This document shows positions 7,657 through 15,319 of a stretch of 32,000 bases of DNA, one piece after another (the stretch's first letter is position 1; each line of letters opens with the position of its first letter). Under the pieces are notes generated by a model, which was given only the letters and a program-made list of their open reading frames with translations, was not told the origin of the DNA and did no database searches. The stretch is from Acidothermus cellulolyticus 11B. GTDB taxonomy: Bacteria; Actinomycetota; Actinomycetes; Acidothermales; Acidothermaceae. The position numbers and the translations under genes were made by a program. The DNA lies in assembly GCF_000015025.1 (NCBI RefSeq), contig NC_008578.1, forward strand, positions 2,250,001 to 2,282,000. Direction: 5' to 3'.

Positions 7657-8810
7657 TGCGCCACGGCCTGCCACCGTGCAGCGAGCGGACCCGGACGCGT
7701 GGTCACCACCGCGGCCGCAATCCGCTGCAGGAGATGCGCACAGAGCCGCGCCAGCGCGCCCATGCCGGACGCACCCGGCGCCTCGCCCCGCTGCGCAGCG
7801 GCGACGAGCCGGGCTTCGTGTCGAACTTCACCCAGCCACGGAACGCCCAGGAGCCCGGCGATCTCCGGTCCACTCAGAGCGGCAGTCCGGCGTCGGGTGA
7901 CCACCCAGACGCGACCGCCCAACCGAGGGAGAAAAGCACGGGCCGCCGCGATCCCGCGAACGTCATCAGGCACGACGGCCAGCGTCACCTCAGAGTCGGG
8001 AAACGATCGCGGCGGAGCGGGCGCCGCCGCGCTGGCCTGCCCGCATTCATACCGCGGCAGATCGAAGACGAGAAGGTCGTTGCATCGACTCAGCGCTCCG
8101 ATCACCTGCGGGACGACCGGCTCGCTCATCGCGGTGAACCGCGACGGACTATGGCTCAGCACAACGAGATCGTCAAGCCGCGGCAACTGGTCACGCAACG
8201 CGCCCGCGGGCAGCCGTCCCTCGGCGCCCGTGAGATCGGCCCACCGGAGGCCCCGCGCTCCCTCTCCGCCGAAGAGCAGGTCGATGCCACCGCCCCACGG
8301 ATCGGCATCCACAAGTGCGGTGCGAATGCCATGCCGTCCCGCGACGGTCGCTAATCCGGCGGCCAATGTCGTCGCACCGCACCCACCGACGACCCCGGTA
8401 ATCGCGACGCTGACCGCGCGCGGGGGTCCTTCGAGGACGTCGGCGAGTTGTTCGCTGAGCCATGGTTCCGCCGTCGGCAACGCCGCGATGTGCTCAGCAC
8501 CCACAACGACCGCACGCTGCCAGGCATCCATCGCCGGCTCGCCCTGGACGACCAGAACGACCGCCGGCCTACGCGGCAGCGACCGCGCAACCTGATCAGT
8601 GACCTGCGCGGCATCCAGGATGATCAATGGAGCGTCCGTCCAGCGGTCCCGCGCGGCCACCAGATCAGGAGCAACATCCAGTTCGGTTCCTGTCGCGGCG
8701 GCAATCCGCAGCAGGTCATCGAGGAGTTGCTCAGAGCCGGTAATGACGAGCGGACGGCGGGGCCGCACGTCGAAGGCTTGCTCCGGCACCCACTGAGCCG
8801 ATGACGGCAT
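7653..8810 (-). CDS. ssd: Septum-site-determining / CpaE-like protein (Ssd, Rv3660c-like)
   Basis: The track ORF 7653-9269 is over-extended. Trimmed to the ATG at 8810 (385 aa). It has a receiver-like N-terminal domain plus a deviant ParA/MinD P-loop, ITGVVGGCGATTLAAGLA. Confidence 0.85.
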   Translation of the reverse strand: MPSSAQWVPEQAFDVRPRRPLVITGSEQLLDDLLRIAAATGTELDVAPDLVAARDRWTDAPLIILDAAQVTDQVARSLPRRPAVVLVVQGEPAMDAWQRAVVVGAEHIAALPTAEPWLSEQLADVLEGPPRAVSVAITGVVGGCGATTLAAGLATVAGRHGIRTALVDADPWGGGIDLLFGGEGARGLRWADLTGAEGRLPAGALRDQLPRLDDLVVLSHSPSRFTAMSEPVVPQVIGALSRCNDLLVFDLPRYECGQASAAAPAPPRSFPDSEVTLAVVPDDVRGIAAARAFLPRLGGRVWVVTRRRTAALSGPEIAGLLGVPWLGEVRHEARLVAAAQRGEAPGASGMGALARLCAHLLQRIAAAVVTTRPGPLAARWQAVAQ

Positions 8811-9104
8811 CCCACGCGGGCGCTCGTCGCCAATGGGATCAGCTGTGGTGTTCCAGATGGTCACGACGCCCCATTTCGGTGAGATCCGTGATTTCCGCTC
8901 TCGCACCTGGAGTCTTTCTGACGTGGATGGCGATCGGCCGCGGATCACACCATGCTGTGGACGGTCTCCATCGCAGTTGTGGACGGCAATGCACGCGCAG
9001 AGCCGGGATTGGGGCAGCAGCGGAAACGCGATCGCACAGCAGGGCAGACGCAGGACGCACAGAGACCGGACGGACAGCCGGCACAGAAACGCCAACATCG
9101 CCGG

Positions 9105-9232
9105 CGAAAACGCGCACAAAAGGAGTGGCCCCCGCCGGGGGGGTAGCGGGGGCCACTGCCCGGTACGGCTCTGGGGGGAAGAGCCGCACCCCCAACACGG
9201 TAACGCTTCCGGGGATGAACGCAACCCCGGAC
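9105..9232 (-). ncRNA. 6C-type small RNA (Rfam 6C; equivalent of M. tuberculosis B11/ncRv13660c)
   Basis: On the minus strand there are three hairpins. Hairpin 1 is TCCGGGG/CCCCGGA (9208-9230). Hairpin 2 is GGCUCU-UCCCCCC-AGAGCC (9167-9185). Hairpin 3 is GUGGCCCCCGC-UACCCCCCCG-GCGGGGGCCAC (9125-9156), followed by UCCUUUUGUGCGCGUUUUC. Two C-rich loops plus a position just upstream of ssd on the same strand match what is known of 6C. The ends are approximate. Confidence 0.7.
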
Positions 9233-9511
9233 ACGCATCGAATTCCCAGGACCCGGGTGGCGCAACCACAAATCGTCAAGATTTTTGCCGATCGCTCCGG
9301 ATTCGTCGCAACCTTTCCCCGAATGACCCTTCCGATCAACGCCGGTGGGGAGTACAAACAACGTCAGGAGCTACGCACTCCGCCCGCGGTACCCACGCGG
9401 GGCTTGGACCGTCTCAGGCCGTCGCAGGGGCAGCCTCGGGCTCTCCTCGACGTGACGAGTGCACGCTTGGTAACCCGGGCGGAGTGCGAGCTTCATGATT
9501 TTTCTGCCGTG

Positions 9512-9578
9512 GACGCCTGCGCCCATTTCCGCCGATGACGCCTCCGCCCATTTCTGCTGCGGACGCCTCCGCCCAGCC
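9512..9578. repeat. 25-bp tandem repeat GACGCCT(G/C)CGCCCATTTC... x2.7
   Basis: Copies start at 9512, 9537 and 9562 (the last is partial). Read directly. Confidence 0.85.
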
Positions 9579-9643
9579 ACTCTCCGGTGAGACAGGGCGT
9601 CGCGGCCCACCGATCGGACGTGATGATCCCGTTCGCCGACTCG

Positions 9644-9707
9644 TTTTCTTCCCGTATGTCGGCTTTTCTTCCCGTCTGTAGCCGCCACGTTCTTCCCATA
9701 TGTCGCC
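9644..9707. repeat. Three direct repeats of TTCTTCCCnTnTGT(C/A)GCC upstream of acs
   Basis: The TTCTTCCC cores start at 9646, 9666 and 9690 (spacing 20 and 24 bp). This is a lower-GC stretch. Confidence 0.85.
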
Positions 9708-9728
9708 ACCGCGCGAAAACCGCGTGCG

Positions 9729-9734
9729 GATAAT
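9729..9734 (+). promoter_or_regulatory. Candidate -10 hexamer GATAAT for acs
   Basis: It is the only near-consensus -10 element in the acs upstream region, about 90 nt before the GTG start and immediately downstream of the triple repeat. There is no convincing -35 element. Confidence 0.25.
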
Positions 9735-9824
9735 TGGCCTAGACCAGTGCCCTCCCCTATCCTGGCGACAGCCGGCCGGCCGTCGGCTCGGCGCCGTCCC
9801 GATCACGAAAGGAAGGGTGCAGCC

Positions 9825-11798
9825 GTGAGCGCGACTTCCCCGACCCTAGCCAACCTGCTGCACGAACAGCGCCGCTTTGATCCACCACCGGAACTCGCCG
9901 CGAACGCCATCGCGACGGCGTCCATTTACGAGGAGGCCGCGCGGGACCGGCTGGCGTTCTGGGCCGCGCAGGCCGAGCGGCTCACGTGGGCGACGCCTTG
10001 GGAACAGGTGCTCGACTGGAGCGACGCGCCCTTCGCCCGATGGTTCGTGGGCGGTCGGCTGAACGCCGCGGTGAACTGCCTCGACCGGCACGTCGCAGCG
10101 GGTTACGGCGGGAAGGTGGCGTTCTACTGGGAGGGCGAACCTGGTGACACCCGGGTCATCACCTACGCCGAGCTCACCGCGATGGTCTGCCAGGCCGCAA
10201 ACGCGCTCACCGAGCTGGGTGTCACCGCCGGCGACCGGGTCATGATCTACATGCCGATGATCCCGGAGACGGTCGTCGCCATGCTCGCGTGCGCCCGGAT
10301 CGGGGCGGTGCATTCGGTGGTCTTCGGTGGCTTCTCCGCGGAAGCGCTCGCTGGCAGGACCAATGACGCGCAAGCTCGGCTCATCATCACCGCGGACGGC
10401 GGTTTCCGCCGCGGTGCGGCGCATGCCCTCAAACCGGCGGTCGACGACGCGTGCGCGCAGTGTCCGCAAGTGGACAAGGTGCTCGTCGTACGCCGTACGG
10501 GTCAGGACATTCCCTGGAATGACGGACGCGATATCTGGTGGCATGACATCGTCGACCGTCAACCGTCCACCCACGAGGCGCAAGCATTCGACGCCGAGCA
10601 TCCGCTGTACATCATGTACACCAGTGGCACAACGGCCAAGCCAAAGGGAATTCTGCATACCACCGGGGGTTACCTGACCGGCGTGACCGCAACGCACCGC
10701 ATGGTCTTCGACCTGCACGAGGACACGGATTTGTATTGGTGCGGAGCAGATATCGGTTGGGTCACGGGGCACAGTTACATCGTGTACGGGCCGCTCGCCA
10801 ACCGGGCGACGTCGTTCATGTACGAAGGCACCCCGGACACGCCGGCGAAAGACCGCTGGTGGCAAATGATTGAGAAATACCGGGTTTCGATCCTCTACAC
10901 CGCGCCGACCACGATCCGCACGTTCATGAAGTGGGGGGAGGAATGGCCGGCGAAACACGACCTGTCGTCGCTGCGCGTGCTGGGCAGCGTCGGTGAACCC
11001 ATCAATCCGGAAGCGTGGATCTGGTACCGCACCCATATCGGCGGGAATCGCTGCCCCATCGTCGACACGTGGTGGCAGACGGAGACCGGAAGCATCATGA
11101 TTACCCCACTGCCGGGCGTCACCTCGACCAAACCGGGCGCGGCGATGCGGGCGTTCCCCGGCATCACCGTGGACGTCGTCGACAACGACGGAAACCCCGT
11201 CCCGAACGGCAGCGGCGGCTATCTCGTCATCACCGAACCGTGGCCGTCAATGCTCCGCGGAATCTGGGGCGATCCGCAGCGGTACATCGACACCTACTGG
11301 TCGCGGTTTCCCGGCAAATACTTCGCCGGCGACGGCGCGAAACGCGACGAAGACGGCGACATCTGGCTGCTCGGCCGTGTCGATGACGTCATGAATGTCT
11401 CGGGCCATCGGATTTCGACGACCGAAGTGGAGCACGCCCTTGTCTCGCACCCGAAAGTCGCCGAGGCCGCCGTGGTCGGCACCCATGACCCCGTGACCGG
11501 TCAAGCCATTGTCGCGTTCGTCACGGTTAAGGGATCGGTACCGGCGGACGAGGCGCAGGGAGCTGCTTTTGCCGCGGAGCTGCGGGCGCACGTGGCCAAG
11601 GAGATTGGGCCGATCGCGAAGCCGAGGGACATTCTCATCACCGCCGACCTGCCCAAGACCCGGTCCGGCAAAATCATGCGCCGACTGCTCCGGGACATCG
11701 CCGACCATCGCGAACTCGGCGACACGACGACACTCCTTGATCCGGGCGTCGTCCAGCAGATCGCAGCACAGCTGGCCGGCAGCGGAAACGAGGAGTAA
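9825..11798 (+). CDS. acs: Acetyl-CoA synthetase (AMP-forming)
   Basis: 657 aa from the GTG at 9825, which is preceded by GGAAGGG. Motifs YTSGTTAKPKG, WWQTETG and the C-terminal SGKIMRR are diagnostic. The track start at 9747 is over-extended. Confidence 0.95.
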   Translation: MSATSPTLANLLHEQRRFDPPPELAANAIATASIYEEAARDRLAFWAAQAERLTWATPWEQVLDWSDAPFARWFVGGRLNAAVNCLDRHVAAGYGGKVAFYWEGEPGDTRVITYAELTAMVCQAANALTELGVTAGDRVMIYMPMIPETVVAMLACARIGAVHSVVFGGFSAEALAGRTNDAQARLIITADGGFRRGAAHALKPAVDDACAQCPQVDKVLVVRRTGQDIPWNDGRDIWWHDIVDRQPSTHEAQAFDAEHPLYIMYTSGTTAKPKGILHTTGGYLTGVTATHRMVFDLHEDTDLYWCGADIGWVTGHSYIVYGPLANRATSFMYEGTPDTPAKDRWWQMIEKYRVSILYTAPTTIRTFMKWGEEWPAKHDLSSLRVLGSVGEPINPEAWIWYRTHIGGNRCPIVDTWWQTETGSIMITPLPGVTSTKPGAAMRAFPGITVDVVDNDGNPVPNGSGGYLVITEPWPSMLRGIWGDPQRYIDTYWSRFPGKYFAGDGAKRDEDGDIWLLGRVDDVMNVSGHRISTTEVEHALVSHPKVAEAAVVGTHDPVTGQAIVAFVTVKGSVPADEAQGAAFAAELRAHVAKEIGPIAKPRDILITADLPKTRSGKIMRRLLRDIADHRELGDTTTLLDPGVVQQIAAQLAGSGNEE

Positions 11799-11918
11799 CC
11801 GCGCAGCGGCATACCCGCCCGCGTAACCGCGCCAGGGCTCTCGTGACGACCGGTCGTACTGGACGGACGGCGTCACCGGCCGGGAATTCGTCGAGCACGG
11901 CTATACTCAGCGCGGGGC

Positions 11919-13169
11919 GTGCCGGGAAGTCTGGTCGGCGTCCGAAAAATGTCGACCAGGCGGGAGCGTATGCACACCCTCGAGCAGTTCGGCGCGCAAG
12001 TGCTCATCTGGGGCGTCGTCGGGTTTGCCGTGCTGCTCAGTCAGCGAATAGCACGGATCCTGCGCATCCCGGCAGCGGTCCTCGTCCTCGTCCTGGCCGC
12101 TGCGGTCGGCACGGTGCTCGGCGCGCACCGCCCGCACCTCGCCCTCGTCGTCGACGTCGTGACGGTGGCGCTCGTCGTCATCCTTTTTGACGGCGGGATG
12201 CACCTGGGACGCCGGTTTCGCAGCGCCGCGGGACCGATCGTAAGCCTGGGAACGCTCGGCACATTCCTGACCGCGGCGTTCATCGCCCTCGCGGCGCATT
12301 TCCTCTTCGGCATCGGCACATCAACCGCCCTGGCCCTCGGCGCAGCGCTGGCTCCGACAGATCCGGCGGTCGTCTTCTCGGTTCTCGCACATCGCGAACT
12401 CACCGGCAAGACATCGGCCATCCTGGAGGGGGAGTCGGGGGTTAATGATCCTGCCGGCATTGCTCTGCTGCTGGGGTTCGCCGCATTCGCTACCTCATCT
12501 CATGGATCGGCCGGGCAGATCGCAGCAACGTTCGCGGTACAAATGTGCGTGGGCGCTGTTGTCGGCATGCTCGGCGGTTGGCTGCTGCGCGTGGTGCATG
12601 CCAGGCCAACGCCGACGACGGTAGCGCCGGAACCGCTGCGGATCCTGGCCGTTGTCCTCACCATCTATGGTCTTGCGGTTGTGTTGCACGGGTCGGGATT
12701 TCTCGCCGTCCTGCTCGCCGGCATCGTCTTCGCCGACGAGCCGGAGCGGCCCGGACGCGCGGTACGCCAGTTCCACGGAACGCTCGCACACCTGGGAGAA
12801 ATCGTCGCGTTCGTCATGCTCGGACTCTCGTTCCGGCTCTCCGACCTCACCGCCGGGCACGCCTGGCTCATCGGCTTGATGCTCACGGCGCTGCTGATTT
12901 TCGTGCTCCGGCCGCTCGCCGTGCTGCCGCTGTTGATTCCGGTCCGCCTCACGCGGGGGGAACGCATCTTCATCGGCTGGGCAGGCTTGAAAGGGGCGGT
13001 GCCGATCCTCCTCGGCGCGCTCGCCGTCCATGCCGGTGTCCCGGATTCGACCCGCCTGTACGCCGTCGTCTTCGTGGTCGTCGCCCTGTCTGTCTGCGTG
13101 CAGGGAGCGACACTCTCCACGGTGGCGGAACGGCTCGGCGTTGCCACCCGACCGGCACCCGCTGACTGA
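11919..13169 (+). CDS. Cation:proton antiporter (Na+/H+ exchanger, CPA1 family)
   Basis: About 12 predicted TM segments. Motifs FDGGMHL, APTDPAVV and EGESGVNDP are typical of this family. The start is uncertain (GTG 11919, ATG 11949 or ATG 11970). Confidence 0.85.
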   Translation: MPGSLVGVRKMSTRRERMHTLEQFGAQVLIWGVVGFAVLLSQRIARILRIPAAVLVLVLAAAVGTVLGAHRPHLALVVDVVTVALVVILFDGGMHLGRRFRSAAGPIVSLGTLGTFLTAAFIALAAHFLFGIGTSTALALGAALAPTDPAVVFSVLAHRELTGKTSAILEGESGVNDPAGIALLLGFAAFATSSHGSAGQIAATFAVQMCVGAVVGMLGGWLLRVVHARPTPTTVAPEPLRILAVVLTIYGLAVVLHGSGFLAVLLAGIVFADEPERPGRAVRQFHGTLAHLGEIVAFVMLGLSFRLSDLTAGHAWLIGLMLTALLIFVLRPLAVLPLLIPVRLTRGERIFIGWAGLKGAVPILLGALAVHAGVPDSTRLYAVVFVVVALSVCVQGATLSTVAERLGVATRPAPAD

Positions 13170-13196
13170 CGACGACGCCGGCCGCGGATACCTCAA

Positions 13197-14012
13197 TCAG
13201 CTGCGCAGCGAAAACCGATGGCCGGTCAGCCAGCTCAGCACCCGCAATGCGTCGGCCGGTGTCCACGTCGCGTCGGCAGTATTGGTGAGATTTGCCCGCC
13301 CTTCGTCGTTGAGAAAATTCCGCTCCCCTGCGGTGAGCGGCGCGCCCGTGCCAACCGGCGGTCCCTGAATGACAAATCGCTCGTGCAACGACCCATCGAG
13401 AAAGACCAGCACATCCTGATGGGTGACGTCGTAGGTGAGGGGCTGTCCAGTCATCCAGTCAATACCGGGAGGTTGCTCCTCGGGAGCCTTGGCGTAATAG
13501 GCGCCGAAAAACTTCCACAGAGCGGCGATGTGCTGCGGCGTTGCTGTCCATAACTGCCAATTGGCGGACAGACCGGCGAAACTCCGGTACGCGTGCAACC
13601 GTTGGGGCGTATCTCGCTGCGGATCGACGGTGATACCGAGAAAAACGATTTTGTGATTGTGCTCCACCGACCCGGCGACTCGATTGAGTTGAGACATCGT
13701 AATAGGACAGACTTCTTGGCACAGGGTAAGAAAGTCGGTGAGCACGACCGCGCGCCCGCGCAACGCGGCAAGGCTTGTCGGCCTGCCGTTGTCGTCAACG
13801 AGCGGCAAATTGACGATTTCCGGCGGCAGCGGCCGGTCGAGCATGGTGCCGAGCGATGCCGGCGGTGGCGACGGTGGGGAGGAGTGCGAAACTCCGATCA
13901 GCGCTGCGACGACCGCGAGAACGCCGACCATCGCACCGCCGATCCACCACCGGCGCTTGTTGCGGCGCGTTGCAGCAGTCGTGGTCTGCGCGTGCGTGTG
14001 GGTATCGGTCAC
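13197..14012 (-). CDS. SCO-family (SCO1/SenC) thioredoxin-like copper chaperone
   Basis: N-terminal TM anchor, CQEVCP (CxxxC) motif and a downstream conserved His (DVTHQD). GTGA overlap with the upstream gene's stop at 14009-14012. Confidence 0.85.
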   Translation of the reverse strand: MTDTHTHAQTTTAATRRNKRRWWIGGAMVGVLAVVAALIGVSHSSPPSPPPASLGTMLDRPLPPEIVNLPLVDDNGRPTSLAALRGRAVVLTDFLTLCQEVCPITMSQLNRVAGSVEHNHKIVFLGITVDPQRDTPQRLHAYRSFAGLSANWQLWTATPQHIAALWKFFGAYYAKAPEEQPPGIDWMTGQPLTYDVTHQDVLVFLDGSLHERFVIQGPPVGTGAPLTAGERNFLNDEGRANLTNTADATWTPADALRVLSWLTGHRFSLRS

Positions 14013-15124
14013 GACGAGCCTCCGGTAGTTGTCGAGTGCTGCTCACCGCGCGAATCGTGTTCCTCCATCGCATGGAGACGGGCGAGGTAGGCGTTGTACG
14101 CCGCAAGCTGCTGATCGACGTCCGTATCGGTACCGGCACCATCGCGGGTGTTTTCCGCGGGCGGTTGTACCCCAACCCCTGATGCAGCACCGAGCGCAGC
14201 GAACCGCGCCGCCCGCAATGATTCCAGCCAGCGGCCCATGTCCATCCTGCCGCGGCCGGCAAGAACCGCGACAAAGGCGGCGAACATGATGACGAGCATG
14301 ATCCCATCGCCGCCGATCCACATGACGGCGCCACCCGCATGCAGATCGTCCAGCAGAGACGGCCCCCAGTCCCGGCGTCCGATGTACGCCGGAAATGGTT
14401 CGTAGCTGGTCTGGAGCAGCACGACGCCGGTGAAGGTGTCAACCGGCATTGCGAGAAACAGCAGGAAGAGGCGCAACGGGAATGTCAACCGCCAACGGAT
14501 CGGTTCGCGGCCGAGGAGGGGCAGGAAGTACAGATAGCCGGCGGCGAGATACCACACGTGCTCCAGGTCATGCACGGTTGAATTCGTCAGCACGAGATTC
14601 ATGAACGACGTGAGATGCGTCACGACCACCGTGACGGTGTAGGCCGATACGCCAACCAGGGGATGGGTCACCCATTGAATCGGCCGGGAGCGCAGCAGGC
14701 GTACCGCCCAGCGGTGGACGGGATTCCGGCTCGCGTGCAGCAGGAGCGTGAGCGGTTCGCCGAGAATGAGCAGCGGCGGAGCGACCATCAAGAGCAACAG
14801 GTGCTGCCACATGTGCACCCAGAACAGCACGTCGTCGTACGCCGCAAGCCCGCTCTCCGTTGCCACCGCGATGACCGCAAGCCCAGCAAAGAATGCCCCG
14901 GTGCGTGCAATCGGCCACGGACGTGACGGATGGCGTCGGCGTACCAGGACGATTCCCAACAGATACGCCGCGGCCGCGGCCGCCAACCCGGCCGTCACCA
15001 CCGGGGCGAACTGCCAATCGGTGAGCAAGCGATGCGTCGTCAGCGGGGGTGGGACGTCGTGCTCGTGCGCCACCGGGCGTATCGCCGCCGTCGCAATAAG
15101 CGAGTGAATACCGATCACCGCCAA
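14009..15124 (-). CDS. Cytochrome c oxidase assembly protein (caa3 CtaG family) / copper-handling membrane protein
   Basis: Polytopic membrane protein with MWQHLLLLMVAPPLLILGEP, characteristic of the Caa3_CtaG family. TTG start at 15124 or GTG at 15118. Confidence 0.8.
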   Translation of the reverse strand: MAVIGIHSLIATAAIRPVAHEHDVPPPLTTHRLLTDWQFAPVVTAGLAAAAAAYLLGIVLVRRRHPSRPWPIARTGAFFAGLAVIAVATESGLAAYDDVLFWVHMWQHLLLLMVAPPLLILGEPLTLLLHASRNPVHRWAVRLLRSRPIQWVTHPLVGVSAYTVTVVVTHLTSFMNLVLTNSTVHDLEHVWYLAAGYLYFLPLLGREPIRWRLTFPLRLFLLFLAMPVDTFTGVVLLQTSYEPFPAYIGRRDWGPSLLDDLHAGGAVMWIGGDGIMLVIMFAAFVAVLAGRGRMDMGRWLESLRAARFAALGAASGVGVQPPAENTRDGAGTDTDVDQQLAAYNAYLARLHAMEEHDSRGEQHSTTTGGSS

Positions 15125-15307
15125 GCCGCACCGCCTCGAGCAACGACATCGGCTTCCACCCTATGCAGCCGGAACGCGCGAACGAGAGGGCGGGCTGGAG
15201 GGTAGTGGGCAGCGGTCCTGCGGCGGACGCGGCCGCGGACACCACCGGCCCGGCAGATCACCGCAACCTCGGTCCCGGCGCAACCGCAGCCCGCCGGCGC
15301 CGGCCGC

Positions 15308-15313
15308 TACGGT
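15308..15313 (+). promoter_or_regulatory. Candidate -10 element TACGGT positioned for a leaderless marP mRNA
   Basis: A TANNNT hexamer ends 7 nt before the A of the ATG at 15320, and there is no SD sequence. This geometry is typical of actinobacterial leaderless transcripts. Confidence 0.3.
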
Positions 15314-15319
15314 GATTCC

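Noticed and set aside
8811-9269. N-terminal extension of the ssd ORF (track call 7653-9269), including a possible Cys-rich hydrophobic peptide from the ATG at 9098 (MLAFLCRLSVRSLCVLRLPCCAIAF...).
   Set aside because: The extension runs straight through the 6C hairpins and terminator. The ATG at 9098 has no SD sequence and sits directly on the terminator U-tract. The composition reflects a pyrimidine-rich non-coding strand. The conserved Ssd/CpaE-like N-terminal domain begins near PLVITGSEQLL, just after the ATG at 8810.
8801-9538. Plus-strand ORFs of 245 aa and 221 aa (8801-9538 and 8833-9498) and minus-strand ORFs (8839-9357, 8945-9361, 9371-9709, 9414-9806) filling the ssd-acs gap.
   Set aside because: They are Arg/Gly/Pro-rich translations without motifs. 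They overlap each other and the 6C RNA, and in places they simply translate the tandem repeats. I found no SD-plus-start combination.
9512-9707. Possible miniature CRISPR array, formed by the two repeat clusters upstream of acs.
   Set aside because: The units are directly tandem or 20-25 bp apart, with no spacers of about 30 bp. There are only 2-3 copies. The repeats are not palindromic and no cas genes are present.
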